From positions 14,198,001-14,262,000 of the forward strand of contig OZ076419.1 of NCBI GenBank assembly GCA_964187785.1: a stretch of 64,000 nucleotides of DNA, read 5' to 3'. This stretch comes from Amphiscolops sp. MND2022. Its lineage: Eukaryota. Below, one piece after another: positions 13,194 through 24,830 of the stretch; position 1 is the first letter of the stretch; the number at the start of each line of letters is the position of its first letter. The position numbers and the translations under genes were made by a program. The notes beneath the pieces are model-generated. The model was not told where the DNA came from. It worked only from the letters and a program-made list of their open reading frames with translations, and did no database searches.

Positions 13194-14160
13194 ATGGCCT
13201 GCAGTGTTACGTCACCAGCTTGGCTTCGCGGAGAGCTGCTATATTCAATTGTGAGCATATACACCCTTTTTTGTTTATGTGTTAAAACAAACTATGACGT
13301 TCCTGCAACAGTTGAGAAGTTGTTAACGAAATTAGGTCACAAACCAAAAAATCGAGCACTACTTCTGAGTTTGGATTTATTAGTCATCGAAGAAGTTGGA
13401 ATTGTCAACAGTGAATTACTATGTGTTATTGATTAAGTTTTCAAAAAGCTGAGAAACAACAACAGCTCATTCGGAGGAGTGTTTATTAATTGTAATGGAG
13501 ACACAAACCAAATACCAACAATAGACGGATCAGACGTTTTTGTAAGTCCTTTTGTTTCATTCTGTTTTTAAGCACACTTTCTCCAACATAATGTTAGAAT
13601 GATGGATCCAACAGCCAAGGAATTATTAGAAATGATGTCTATGAAACCTATACCAGAAAAAAATATTGAAAAAATCGAAAAGATAATCGACCGAAACTGC
13701 TCTTTTGTGGATCCATGGACTAACATACAAGACAAACGAATAATGAAAGTCTTTGGCAAACGAGCTGCTGAGCAAGGAGCTATATCATCTTACCAACAAA
13801 AAGTTAAACAATCAGCAAAAAGATTTTGTGAATTTGATGCAATAGATGAAATGTGTCCACATTCATCTTCAAACTGGCAGTCTGCGTCTTCTGAAGCAGT
13901 AAAAATTCTAAATACAGAATATCAAGAACCAAAAAAGCTAATCCTAAAGAAGCACTGTATTCTCCGACTGACGCAAAACACCAGTAAGCTGGCTCAAGGA
14001 ATTGTTTGTATATTATCAGAAGTTCCGGAAGCAGATGATGTTTCTATACTAGTCTCCATTGCCCCTCATGTTGATGCGGTTATGAATCCAAAGCGTTATG
14101 AAAAAAAACGATTTCCTTAGCTGGGACAAAGTCAGAATTACAAAGTCTGCTGGTTTTATA
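13194..14160 (+). pseudogene. PIF1-type helicase fragment, copy 4
   Basis: ORF 13599-14120. Truncated after SAGF at the same breakpoint as the 4.9-5.8 kb copy. Confidence 0.85.
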
Positions 14161-14723
14161 AATTATGTATTATTAATTATAGTTGTGTAATCAAAAATTT
14201 TTGGGATGAAATTTATATTATATGATTTACTTGTTCAGCTTATTCTTGGTTTAGTTGAAACGCTATCATTACATATTGATAATTAGTTTAAAAGAAAAAT
14301 TTCATTCGCTCTTAATGCAGAAACATATTTCCAGGAGATTCTTCTTCATAAATATATAATGTAGCCTCCAACAAAAATGTTGAAATGATATTTTATAGGA
14401 ATTTCTTTTCAACATTTAAAACATGATATTTATACCTTGTATCGACAGGTAACTCTTCGCTGTTGCAAAGAAAAATTGAAAATAAGGAAATAGTGAACTA
14501 TTTTCAATCATGTCAGCAGTTTAAATTTAATTCTGGTAAATTTCGTATGATTGCAAAGACAATATGCAAAAATAAATATGAAAACAGTTTCACAACAGAT
14601 TATATGAATTTTGAAATTTACTAAAAGTTTAAATACCACTTTCTATAAAGAAAATGTTTATCAAACCTGGAAACTATTCTCTTTTTATATATAGAAAAAG
14701 AAATAACTTTCAGAAGTTTCGAA

Positions 14724-16152
14724 ATGACTGCTGGATATACAAAAATCGATAAAGAAGCTACCGTTGTTCTAAACGTGGTGTTGCAAAAATTCCAGCAATT
14801 GGAATACAACGAGTTGATAGATGAAGAAATGAAGAAAATGGAAGATTGAGGATGTGCTTTGTATTTCTATTTGCAACAACTGGCCAAAAAACGATCAATT
14901 ACTCCAAGATGTCGAGACACTCAACCAAAGTAAGAAACCAAGAGGTATCTGTCTTCGATAGATTCATGGTACTCGGAGTGGAGGGTACCGCGCATGTGGT
15001 ACTAATCTTTACAAAATCACACGATGAGAGCAGTCGTTTATTAACGTACAATAATCTTATGCCTGGTACTTGTGTTTTTCTTCTATGTCCACGAGTATTG
15101 GGGTTTCTTAAAGGCACACAAAACCCACTCTGCTCAACTGGTGATCCGTTAATTCCATGTGGAAGATTCAACATATAAAAACTACCTCCTGCAGATGTTA
15201 AGATATGCATAACATAATCAAGTTATGTTTTTTAATTCCTTGCTACAAACTTTATGATAATTCAAGCAGTTCCTCGTGACAAGCATGTAGAGGTAAATTG
15301 TGTGATTCACAGTGTGTAGCATCTAGTTGTCCATGCCGTGTTTCAGATTCACGAACACATTGGGTTCTAGAAGTTCACATTACATGTGATGAGTTAAGTG
15401 AACGTTTTACAGAGGAAGAAACTGCCAGATTCAGTTCAAGGTGCTTTACTAAATTAATGATCCATAGCAAAACTTCACACCAATTGAATAACGATGCAAT
15501 TGTCCCTATACAATATGGAGGATTGTGTGCAGCAATTATGTGAGAATATTGATACTGAGCAGAATTTAAGAATTATAGGCTGACTTAAACCGGCACAAAA
15601 TGAAGATGGAAGTGTAAACAGTGGAAATTTTTCGTATCATGTTTCAAGCATTTTTCCAGCTACTAATTTAACAGATGAAAAAAAACAATTGATGTATGGT
15701 GCTGAAAATATAAATAATACAGCATTAAACAAGAATATTCTTCCCGTGCTTTGATATCAGCAAATAATACTGGATCTACCTCAGGTTCTTTCAATATTGT
15801 CCCATAAATGAATGCAGTTAATGCACGAACAATTCAAGTTTCCAATGATGCTGCTCCAAATACCAATACTTCAATTTCTTCATCTGGATCATCTAATGAT
15901 GCTCAGGCAATTAATGCAGTTAATACACTAACAAATCAAAATAATAGTGATGCTTTATTGAATAACAATGGACAAACAGCTTCTTCTGAATCTTCTAACG
16001 ATGTCCAACAAATGAATGCCGATAATATTGAAGCAATTCGGAACAACAGTAATTCATCAGCTACTTCTGTTCCTTCAAATAATATCCAACCAATACAGGC
16101 AGTTAATGTCCAAACAGTTCAAAGTAATGATACAGCTACTAATGAAAATTAA
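14724..16152 (+). pseudogene. Accessory gene of unknown function (Cys-containing, N/S-rich tail); homolog of 46772-48029
   Basis: MTAGYTKIDK...DRFMVLGVEG...LLCPRVLGFLKGTQNPL...CDSQCVASSCPC...GNFSYHVSSI aligns with MHSSGYIKVEK...DRFIVLGVEG...LLCPKVEGFLKQTQNPL...CDAQIDGPRPC...GNFCYNVSSI. Confidence 0.75.
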
Positions 16153-18050
16153 TAACAGCTGTACCACTGATCATAGAAAATACTTCATGAACGATAATGT
16201 TCACTAATTTGAAAGTATTGATACAAAGTAAATTCATTAGTGAGTTGTATGATAATCGTATTCAATAACATTGTATAATCGTGTATGTTTCTTTTGCAGT
16301 ATTACGACAATAATCACTAAAATGGTCACTTTTGATTAGATGAATGTAAGATAACTTGAAAATTAAACATGTAACTGAGAGAGTATGGGCTGTTTCCTCT
16401 TTGAAATCTTAAAATAATGCCGGAATGAATTCCGTGGATCAAATTAATTCTTGTTCCCATTATTTTGAATTTTAGGCAATAAAATTATTCTATGACAATA
16501 TTTTAGAAAGTTGTATTAAATAAACAAAAATTAAAGAATGATTATGGAGATAAAAAAAAACTTGAATGTTTTTTATGGAAATATACAAAAATAAATGTTC
16601 GCTATGAATTTGTGGCAATGTCTTGCTTGGCTTTAGACAATGCAAGGTTATTGCCCTCATAGGTTTCAAAAAATTGTCCAAATGAAAAATATCAATGAAA
16701 GTATTAAATGTTGATAAATACCAAATAAATTATTAATATCCACGTAATACAAGTTCTTTGAATATGAAAAAGTTCAAATCGATTTGACAAAATTAGACAG
16801 TTTAAATAATTTCATTTGCAAGAAAGTTCAATGTGAACAAATTTGATTTAGAATATCTTATTGTACATCAAATATAATACATATAAATATAAGTGTAAAA
16901 TACTTCATCAATTTTTGTAAAAAGTTCAATAAATTTAAATATAATAAATAAATATAATATATTTCAATTTAAAACTTCGATATATACATTTCTCAAAAAA
17001 GTATATTTTTGAAAAATGAGTTACGAACTATTTTTAGATTAGATATACGATACAATTAAAAATAAAATAGTCAAATACTTAGGTAAATTATTAAAATTGT
17101 ATAAAAGTTATTGTAAATTAGAAAAGTGTTTGATAATTGATACAGATCTCTAGTTTTTAAAACTATAAAGTGTTCATATTTAACATCACATCTTTAAATA
17201 ATCTAGGAAAAATGGCTATCGTCTCTCACTAAGTTGTCACAGAAAATCAAAAGAATATACAAGTTGCAATGAGGTCAGTTTTGATAAAAAATTTGTTTTC
17301 ATAAACTGATAAGGTTCAAAATACCCTGAATGTCCTGACAAAAAGTGAAAACAAATGATGATGTATAAACTGGTAAGACTTTGTAAGAAACCACTTACTT
17401 ATATCAAAATTTCATTTTGGACAGTAATACACAAATTTGACTCGTTATAAGTATTTCACAAAATTTTATTTATTTAGAAAATTAAATAGAATCATCTTTG
17501 TATGTATATAATTATAATTATACAAAAGTATGAATACCGCATTGTGTGATGAATAAACAAAAAGATTCTTCAGTCATGTATATACTTCAATACGTTAGTC
17601 ATAAACCCTGGATACTAAAGTATATCAAAGTTCGTCTATAGAAGAAAATGATAGAGAAAAAATTGGAGTTTAATTTCAAAGTTCTGAAAAAGGACTTCTA
17701 TTTATTTTCATCAACGAGAAAAGATAAAAAGTTACGTAATGACCTGAAAATATTTATTTAATATTTATGACTATAGTATGTATTTATCATAATTATATGA
17801 TAACTAAAAAGGCTGTAGAAACAAACTACAGTTCGTTTTGCAAACAGTTTATTTCGTACTGTCTTGTTTTGTTGAAAGCAATATTATGCATACAATGATA
17901 ACAGTGCATGAATGAATAAATTAATCAACTGACAAAATAGCAAATAATTGTTTACAAATATTTGTCAACAAACTTTCGAGATAGCAAATTATCGATTATA
18001 GTATCTGAAAAAATATATTTGTCGAATTTCAGAAATATGAAATATTTTAC

Positions 18051-18118
18051 GGTATCCGGGACCGAACCCGCGATCTAATAATCGGAAGGCTAATGCGCAT
18101 CCTCTATGCTAAAGCGCC
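18051..18118 (-). other. tRNA-derived sequence (degenerate tRNA or SINE head)
   Basis: Minus strand GGCGCTTTAGCATAGAGGATGC...CTTCCGA...AGATCGCGGGTTCGGTCCCG has an A-box-like TAGCATAGAGG, a D-stem GCAT/ATGC and a B-box-like GGTTCGGTCC. Acceptor and anticodon stems do not pair. Confidence 0.5.
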
Positions 18119-18316
18119 TTGAAATTTGTTTGTTTTTAATCAACCATATTTGCTTTGCAACATCCTCCGGGCCCAAGAAGGTGTGAATGCAAAAGGTAAG
18201 AACAAAAAAAAGGAACATTTTTCCGAAAACGGTTTACATGGGTTTTGAAGTACATGTTACATTTTATTCATATTAGGTACGGTTACAAGCGAGAACAAAA
18301 CGAAGGAGGTTAAAGA

Positions 18317-21300
18317 TTAAGAAGGATTGGGACAATCGGGGGACGGGAGAACGGGTGAGAGTTTCACAACTGGGCGCACGAGGGTTCCAGTTGCTGTTTT
18401 CAATTCTGCAGAGCGAGCGACAGCGTCTTTACCGTAGTTCAATCTGACCACTCTTGCAAGTGGGTAATATCCTCGTGGACTCGAAGGTTCGATTATCCAG
18501 ACAAGGTCTCCGGTCTTGAGTTCTCGATCTGGTCGGTTCGACCACTTGGAACGGCGGTTGAGGGAAGGAACGTAGTCTTTCAACCAGCGGCTCCAAATGG
18601 CGTCACTGTATGCTTGTGCACGGGCGTAGCGTTTTCGGTGGTCAAAATCGGCTTGCTGATGCGATGGTAGCGTGGAAGCGGCCATACCGAGCAGGAAGTG
18701 ATTAGGGGTAAGTGCATCCAAATCGGTAGCGTCGGAGCTAACCGGTACAAGTGGTCGGGAGTTGAGGCTCTGCTCGACCAAACAAAATGTAGTTATCAAA
18801 ATCTCATCAGTGAGGCGTCGGTTACCCAGGATTGCGTAGAAGACGTGCTTGAAACTTCTGACAACTCTTTCCCAGACTCCTCCATGATGGGGGGCACTGG
18901 GTGGGTTAAATTTCCAGTGAATTCGCCTTTTGACAAGTTCTTCGGACAACACTTGCTGATTCCAGTTGGTTATGTTCAGTAAAAGTTCTTTTTCACTGGC
19001 AACGAAGTTTGTTCCATTGTCTGACCACAAGACTGATGGTACGCCACGGCGCGCTGCGAATCTGTCGATTCCCATTACGCAACTACTTGTGTCCATGGAA
19101 GGCACAACTTCAAAGTGAACGGCTCTAGTAGTCAGACAGGTAAAAAGGAATCCCCAGCGTTTTTCTGTTGATCTTCTGACAGCTACGTGGAACGGCCCAA
19201 AGTAGTCGATGCCGGAGTTACTAAATGGGCGCTCTTTGAATGCTAATCGTTCCCGTGGGAGATCAGACATTATCGGGTTGAGTGTTCTCGCTCGGCGTTT
19301 CCGGCATGTCACGCATTTCGAAACAATTGATCTCAGGGCTGTCCTAAGTTTAACGATGGCTAGCTGTTGCTGCACCAACGCCCTCAAATAGTCCGCGCCC
19401 TGATGACAATGTGTTTCATGGAGTTGTTCCAAGTAAAGTCTTACGACGGGATGGCGGCTGTCTAGCAGAATGGGGTGTTTTGCATCAAAGTTGGAGGCGG
19501 CGAGCTGCTCCGTTCTGCCGGTAGCTCGCAGTAAACCTTTTGGTCCGACGAAAGGGGTGAACTGACGGAGTTTTGATGAGGCGCTGATCGGTGCTTGGTT
19601 CAGCAAGCTTTTCTTCTCCATAGGGAAAGACTCCTCTTGTGTTAGATAGAAGAGTTTCTGTTGGGCATTAGTGAGTTCCATGGGGTCTGCAATTGACCCT
19701 GTCGCGGTGCGGAAGACTTCGTTTTGAGGTAAAAGGCGCAACATGTAAGCCACTATGCGCAAAAGTTTCTCGAACGAGCTGTACTTTTGCCACTCGAAAG
19801 TTGAAGCAGTCATGGTCACAGTTGTCATTGCGGTTGTCCCAGAATCATCTCGCTCCGCTATTTTAACGTCTAAATGGTTGCCTTTCAATTTTAGTTGGAA
19901 CTCTTTTGACGGCTGGAATGGGAAGTCACGGGTAAAGAGGAGTGCGGGGCCTTTCAGCCACGGGCTGTCGGAGAGGGCACTGGCTGGCAGTCCTCTTGTG
20001 CCGGCATCCGCGGGGTTGTCGCAAGATTGCACGTAATTCCATTCATCAGCTGTCGTCAGATCTAGAATTTCAGCCACACGGTTGGCAATGAATACAGGTT
20101 GTTTTTCGGCTGAATGGATCCATTGAAGGACGGTTGTACTATCCGTCCACATAAAGGTTTGGTTGATTCGCAGCGTTAGCGCTTTCTCGATATCTTTTCG
20201 CAGGCGCGAGGCAAGTAAAGAGGCTTGCAACTCGAGTTTTGGGATGGTAAGGGCTTTCATTGGGGCCACTCTGGCTTTTCCCAAGACGAAAGCTAGTTCG
20301 GTACGGCTTCCATGCGGTGTTGTCACTTTCGCTCGCAGGAAAGCAACAGCGCTAAAGATATCTTGTGAACTGTCGCCAAACATGTGCAGTTCCAACGCTG
20401 TGAATGGTCCTGCGAAGTAGCTTCGTGGTATTTCGATCTGACTCAGTGTCTCTAGCTCCTTGCTCCATTCGATGAACTTGGTTACTGTATCCCCGGGCAG
20501 GTTGTCATCCCACTGTTGACCATGTATTCGCCATATGTCTTTCAGCAATAACCGTGCCGCCACGGTGTAGGGTGCAACAAGGCCTATCGGGTCGTAGACA
20601 GCGGACACGAGGCTTAGGATGACCCTTTGTGTTAAAGTTCGATTGGTGTCTGGGCTTGTCCCGCGACTGACAACGAGGGTGTCAGACGCGTGGTTCCATT
20701 TCAATCCCAAGACGTGTGAGGAATCTTCGGTCTTTGGTATAACTTTTTCCGCGGTCGATAGTGGTTCGCCAGTAGGTTCGAGCTCGTTGGGGATTTGTGG
20801 AACATTAGATACGAACTTCGTCAACTTGAATCCACCTCTCTCGAGTAGTTTAACCAAATCCTTTGCTTTCTTGGTTGCTTCTTCGATGGAGGGACTTGAT
20901 TCTAGGTAGTCGTCCATGTAGAAGTTACTGTGGACACTCTCCGCTGCTTCGGGGTAGTCGGTCTGGTTGTCTGTGGCTGTGCGTTTCAGTGCGTAGTTCG
21001 CGCAGGTAGGGGAGTCTTTTGATCCAAATATATGCCGAACATACTGGTATACAGCAATTTGGGATGCTGGATCTTCGCGCCACAGAAAACGAAGTGACGG
21101 TCGGTCTTTTGGAATGACCCCAACTTGGAGAAACATTCCCTCGATGTCGGCAGATACAGCAAACTTGTGCTGGCGGAACCGCAAAAGAACGTGGATCAGG
21201 CTCTGTAACAAGTCGGGACCCGTTAATAAGGCATTGTTCAGAGATTGGCCTTGGAACTTTGCAGCTCCGTTGAGCACTCTCCGAACTTTGCCGGGTTTAT

Positions 21301-24300
21301 GCGGGTGGACTACCGGATGGTGCGGCAAGTACCACTCCCGGTTGTTGTCTACTTTGAAGCAGTTGGATTTGTCGATTGGGACAATGTATCCCTTTGCCAA
21401 GTCGTCTTGAATGGTTTTGGAGTAATGTTGTTTCAACTCGGGGTCTTTACCGAGACGGCGTTCTAACGATTTCAACTGTACGAGAGCGGAAAAATAGTTG
21501 TTGGGCAGTTTACTTTCGTCATCGGTCCACAACATGCCCACTTGGTATCGGCAACCATCGTGGTAAGTTGTTTCTTCAAGTATTCTGGTCGCTCTCGCAT
21601 CGGCTGCGGAGCGAGAGTCCACTTGTTTATACGCCCCGTACGACTCCATATCGTACCAGCTGCGGACTTGGTTGGCGAGGTCGGTGTCGAAATCTTGGTT
21701 ACAGGCAACAGCTTTAAGACAAGTAGAGACAAAACCTGAGGTCATTGGGAGTGGACCACTTAATACCCAGCCCAACGGTAAGCGGACGGCAACTGGAGTG
21801 TTCTTGCGGTCGGCATCAAGGTACTCCAGTGGGCGGATAAAGTTGAACACATCCTGACCCAGGATCATTTCCACGTCAGCGTAGCTGTATTGTTTCAAAG
21901 GAATCGGTTCGAGGTGAGGGTACTTTGTTCTCAAAAAATCGACATCGATAACATCGGTTCCCACGTTAAGGTTGTCCCTTACATAGGGCTTTACAGCGAA
22001 CGACGAGCAAGAGCCACCCGAATGAACGGGTGTCAACTTGAGCTCCACCATTTGCGTTTCTATGACTTGGTTCGCGTTGATTCCGTGGACGGTAAGTTTG
22101 GTCGGTCGGCCGTGTACGTTCAATCTTTTGGCTAGCTTAGCGGATATCCAGGAATGGCTACAAGCCGAATCACAGAGTGCAAAGACTTTCTCAGACTTAT
22201 CATGTGATTGCAGTTCTACTTCCGTCACTTGTAATAAGCCTTTAATGTCACTGACGGCTGGCAGGCTTGAGCTTTCGACTGTTTTTCCGCTGCTATTAGT
22301 GTTCCCGATGCAGCCAGATGTTTTGGTATTTTCTTGATTCCTGGGTTCTGGTTGTTTTTTGAAGACTCGCTCCGCTCCGTGTAGGAATGTGTTGTGTGTA
22401 CTTCCACATCCTTCTTTGGTACACTTACGGGGCTGCGGGCACTGTCTGAACGAGTGGTCGGGCTGAAAACATGAAAAACACAACTTGTTTTGAGCTACCA
22501 GTTTTGCTCTCTCTGTCGGTGTCTTTTTTCTGAAAGTCGGACATTTCCATAGTGGGTGTTTCTCTGTGCACACGACACATTTCGAGGCGGGTTTGTCAGG
22601 TTTCGTTTTTGAGAATCCGGTTTGTTGAGTTGACGAAGCTGTGGCGGCGAACGTTTTGGAAGCCGTCTTTGTTTTGATCACGTTTCCGTTCTCTAGTGTT
22701 TCCGCTTTCGGTTTGGAAGACGATGATTTCATTCGCTCGTGGGCTTCCGCCTTGTCCTTGAGCCATTCATTGAAATCAATCAATGTCGGTCTATCCAGTG
22801 TTCTCTTCACCGTGTGCATCGACCACGCCTCTTTCATATTGGGTGGGAGCTTTTGTAGTGCTTGGCCTAGCAAGGAAGCGCTGCACAGGTCTTGAAGGTA
22901 GTTGAGTGATCGGAACACTCCGACGAGTGAACAGATCATGGCGGCGTATCCAATGATACTTTCGCTGTTGTGCATCTTCACAGGTGGGAAAGCTGCTAGT
23001 TTGTCAAGATATGCACTTACAACAGCTTGCGGTTGCCCGAACTTTCGCTCCAGGGTCTTGAGAGCATCTTTGTACATCGCGCCGCAATAGGCGAACTCCG
23101 CGATGGCGGTTTTGGCTTTGCCTGTCACAAGAGTCTTCAAGTACGTCAGTTTTACATCGTCGGTTAGTGGCGCGGAGTCAATAGCACTTTTGAATTGTCC
23201 GAACCATTCATGCCACTGCATTGGGTCGCCACTGTACTGCGCCAAATTCCATTCGGGTAGGTGGTCCTTCTTAGTTGATGCAAGTAAAAGCGCCAAGTCT
23301 TGTATGGAGAAGCCTGAGGTACTTGGGTATGGCAGCCTGGGCATCGTAGATGGCACAAAAGTAGCTGCCGTGGGGCTGAGGGTTGCTGCAGTTGGCGCCG
23401 TTGCGATGGGAATGGCAGGGGTACCGGTAGTTGTTGGTTGTACATAGTACACGGTTCCGCCACTCGTTATGGGTATGGTCGGTGTGGTACAAATCGGAGT
23501 GTGAGCAGTTGGTATGCTCGTTGCTGTTGTTTGTTGGCTCGGTCGTAGAACTGTTGTTACTTGGGTCAACGGCTGAACCGTTCGGGTTGGGAAAGTCCAA
23601 GAAGCCAAGTTCGGTAGAAGATGGCTGGTCGGCATCGTCAATGTAGGTGTAGGTTGTGGCGGAGGTTGTGCTATGACGGGGGCATTGACAGTGTTTGCTT
23701 GGGTTACACTCATCGTCGATTGTGGCGGTTGTACTACAATCATTGGTGTGGTAGGTACGGCAGCACTAGAACTACCTAATGCAAGGGTCTGTACACCAGT
23801 CGGCACGTTTGTAGTTGCTGGCGCCGGCGTATAGATTGCGTCCTGGGCGAGCACAGTAGGTTGGGGGCCACCACCCGGTGGCGCTACAGTTTGTGAAACT
23901 GTTGAAGTAGTCGTGCTTGGAGCTATGGTGGCGACAGTGGTCACCACTTCGGTAAGGTTGACAACCTCATTTGCATTCGGTGAATTGTCGACCCAGTCTT
24001 TGATCCTTCGCGTCTCATCAGCTGCACTTGCTCCGCTTAGCCGTGACAACGTTTCCTGAAAGTCTTCGTTTGTTTCTGATAGGTCTTCTGTAAGTTCCAA
24101 TTCCGCAAGATGGGCTTCTGCCAATCGCTTTCGGTTTTCTTCTTGAAGTACTTCAAGTTCCAGCTCTTGCTTCTGTTTGGCGAGTCGTACTGCAGCTTCG
24201 TTCTGCTTCTCTATTTCTTCGCGTTTGTGTTTTGCAATGAGCAGGTCGCGTTGTCTTTGACTGGATGATTTTGACACTTTGCTGCTGGAAGCTTTGCTCG

Positions 24301-24688
24301 ACTTCGCTTTCTTAGTTGTCGTATTGACTGAAGTCTGAGACGATGTGTCTGTTTTGGGATATTGGTCGAGATAATCCCTGGCAGTTTTCAAGACTTCATC
24401 GTTCAAGACCGTGATATCGTTTAGCCATTTTTCTAGATCTGCTGTGACCGATGGTGGGTCGGCCGTTTTCTTGGCTAGTTCAAGTAGTTGTTCGTTTTTC
24501 GCGAACGCTTTCATCATGGCTTCATCACAAGACATCACAAGCCTTTCGACGCGGACACGTCGTTCGGTATTGTTCACAGCGTCTATCACATCTTTCTGGA
24601 ACTTCTTGAGCTCTATTTCGGCTTTGGCACGACTTTCAAACAGTTTATTGACTTTATCCAGGATGGGATCCGCCATTGGTTCAGTCAA
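18317..24688 (-). CDS. BEL/Pao gag-pol polyprotein, 2123 aa, uninterrupted
   Basis: Gag with three Cys/His knuckles (CVVCTEKHPLWKC, CFSCFQPDHSFRQC, CTKEGCGSTHNTFLH), aspartic protease LCDSACS, RT (WYLPHHPV, YMDD at ~20909-20920), RNase H LHMFGDSS/DST/NPAD, then integrase (H..H..C..C, GIDYFGP, SDNGTNF, GGVWER). Order PR-RT-RH-IN. Confidence 0.97.
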   Translation of the reverse strand: MTEPMADPILDKVNKLFESRAKAEIELKKFQKDVIDAVNNTERRVRVERLVMSCDEAMMKAFAKNEQLLELAKKTADPPSVTADLEKWLNDITVLNDEVLKTARDYLDQYPKTDTSSQTSVNTTTKKAKSSKASSSKVSKSSSQRQRDLLIAKHKREEIEKQNEAAVRLAKQKQELELEVLQEENRKRLAEAHLAELELTEDLSETNEDFQETLSRLSGASAADETRRIKDWVDNSPNANEVVNLTEVVTTVATIAPSTTTSTVSQTVAPPGGGPQPTVLAQDAIYTPAPATTNVPTGVQTLALGSSSAAVPTTPMIVVQPPQSTMSVTQANTVNAPVIAQPPPQPTPTLTMPTSHLLPNLASWTFPTRTVQPLTQVTTVLRPSQQTTATSIPTAHTPICTTPTIPITSGGTVYYVQPTTTGTPAIPIATAPTAATLSPTAATFVPSTMPRLPYPSTSGFSIQDLALLLASTKKDHLPEWNLAQYSGDPMQWHEWFGQFKSAIDSAPLTDDVKLTYLKTLVTGKAKTAIAEFAYCGAMYKDALKTLERKFGQPQAVVSAYLDKLAAFPPVKMHNSESIIGYAAMICSLVGVFRSLNYLQDLCSASLLGQALQKLPPNMKEAWSMHTVKRTLDRPTLIDFNEWLKDKAEAHERMKSSSSKPKAETLENGNVIKTKTASKTFAATASSTQQTGFSKTKPDKPASKCVVCTEKHPLWKCPTFRKKTPTERAKLVAQNKLCFSCFQPDHSFRQCPQPRKCTKEGCGSTHNTFLHGAERVFKKQPEPRNQENTKTSGCIGNTNSSGKTVESSSLPAVSDIKGLLQVTEVELQSHDKSEKVFALCDSACSHSWISAKLAKRLNVHGRPTKLTVHGINANQVIETQMVELKLTPVHSGGSCSSFAVKPYVRDNLNVGTDVIDVDFLRTKYPHLEPIPLKQYSYADVEMILGQDVFNFIRPLEYLDADRKNTPVAVRLPLGWVLSGPLPMTSGFVSTCLKAVACNQDFDTDLANQVRSWYDMESYGAYKQVDSRSAADARATRILEETTYHDGCRYQVGMLWTDDESKLPNNYFSALVQLKSLERRLGKDPELKQHYSKTIQDDLAKGYIVPIDKSNCFKVDNNREWYLPHHPVVHPHKPGKVRRVLNGAAKFQGQSLNNALLTGPDLLQSLIHVLLRFRQHKFAVSADIEGMFLQVGVIPKDRPSLRFLWREDPASQIAVYQYVRHIFGSKDSPTCANYALKRTATDNQTDYPEAAESVHSNFYMDDYLESSPSIEEATKKAKDLVKLLERGGFKLTKFVSNVPQIPNELEPTGEPLSTAEKVIPKTEDSSHVLGLKWNHASDTLVVSRGTSPDTNRTLTQRVILSLVSAVYDPIGLVAPYTVAARLLLKDIWRIHGQQWDDNLPGDTVTKFIEWSKELETLSQIEIPRSYFAGPFTALELHMFGDSSQDIFSAVAFLRAKVTTPHGSRTELAFVLGKARVAPMKALTIPKLELQASLLASRLRKDIEKALTLRINQTFMWTDSTTVLQWIHSAEKQPVFIANRVAEILDLTTADEWNYVQSCDNPADAGTRGLPASALSDSPWLKGPALLFTRDFPFQPSKEFQLKLKGNHLDVKIAERDDSGTTAMTTVTMTASTFEWQKYSSFEKLLRIVAYMLRLLPQNEVFRTATGSIADPMELTNAQQKLFYLTQEESFPMEKKSLLNQAPISASSKLRQFTPFVGPKGLLRATGRTEQLAASNFDAKHPILLDSRHPVVRLYLEQLHETHCHQGADYLRALVQQQLAIVKLRTALRSIVSKCVTCRKRRARTLNPIMSDLPRERLAFKERPFSNSGIDYFGPFHVAVRRSTEKRWGFLFTCLTTRAVHFEVVPSMDTSSCVMGIDRFAARRGVPSVLWSDNGTNFVASEKELLLNITNWNQQVLSEELVKRRIHWKFNPPSAPHHGGVWERVVRSFKHVFYAILGNRRLTDEILITTFCLVEQSLNSRPLVPVSSDATDLDALTPNHFLLGMAASTLPSHQQADFDHRKRYARAQAYSDAIWSRWLKDYVPSLNRRSKWSNRPDRELKTGDLVWIIEPSSPRGYYPLARVVRLNYGKDAVARSAELKTATGTLVRPVVKLSPVLPSPDCPNPS

Positions 24689-24830
24689 AACAAATATACG
24701 GGGATTTTACTTGGTATTTGTTTTTGTTTTTTGGGTTAAAAGTAGCCTATGACTACGGGGACGAGGGACGAAGAACTCAAAGTCGCGTTTGGAACGCGGT
24801 CTCAGCTACAATATGTGTTTTCAAAGAGAG

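Larger units (their letters stand above)
7205..13430 (+). repeat. Tandem repeat of a ~2.99-kb unit (7205-10193, 10194-13181, partial third copy from 13182)
   Basis: TTTCAATGTTAAATGG starts at 7205, 10194 and 13182. Identical 80-aa ORFs lie at 9826 and 12814 (offset 2988). The unit holds the helicase 3' part, GIY-YIG exon and an AT-rich spacer. Confidence 0.95.

Noticed and set aside
17200-17380. Possible third ORF-X copy (IQVAMRSV)
   Set aside because: Similarity is limited to a few residues and the frame is interrupted by stops.
18698-24752. Many short + strand and alternative-frame ORFs overlapping the BEL ORF
   Set aside because: They are shadow ORFs of a GC-richer coding sequence with no motifs.
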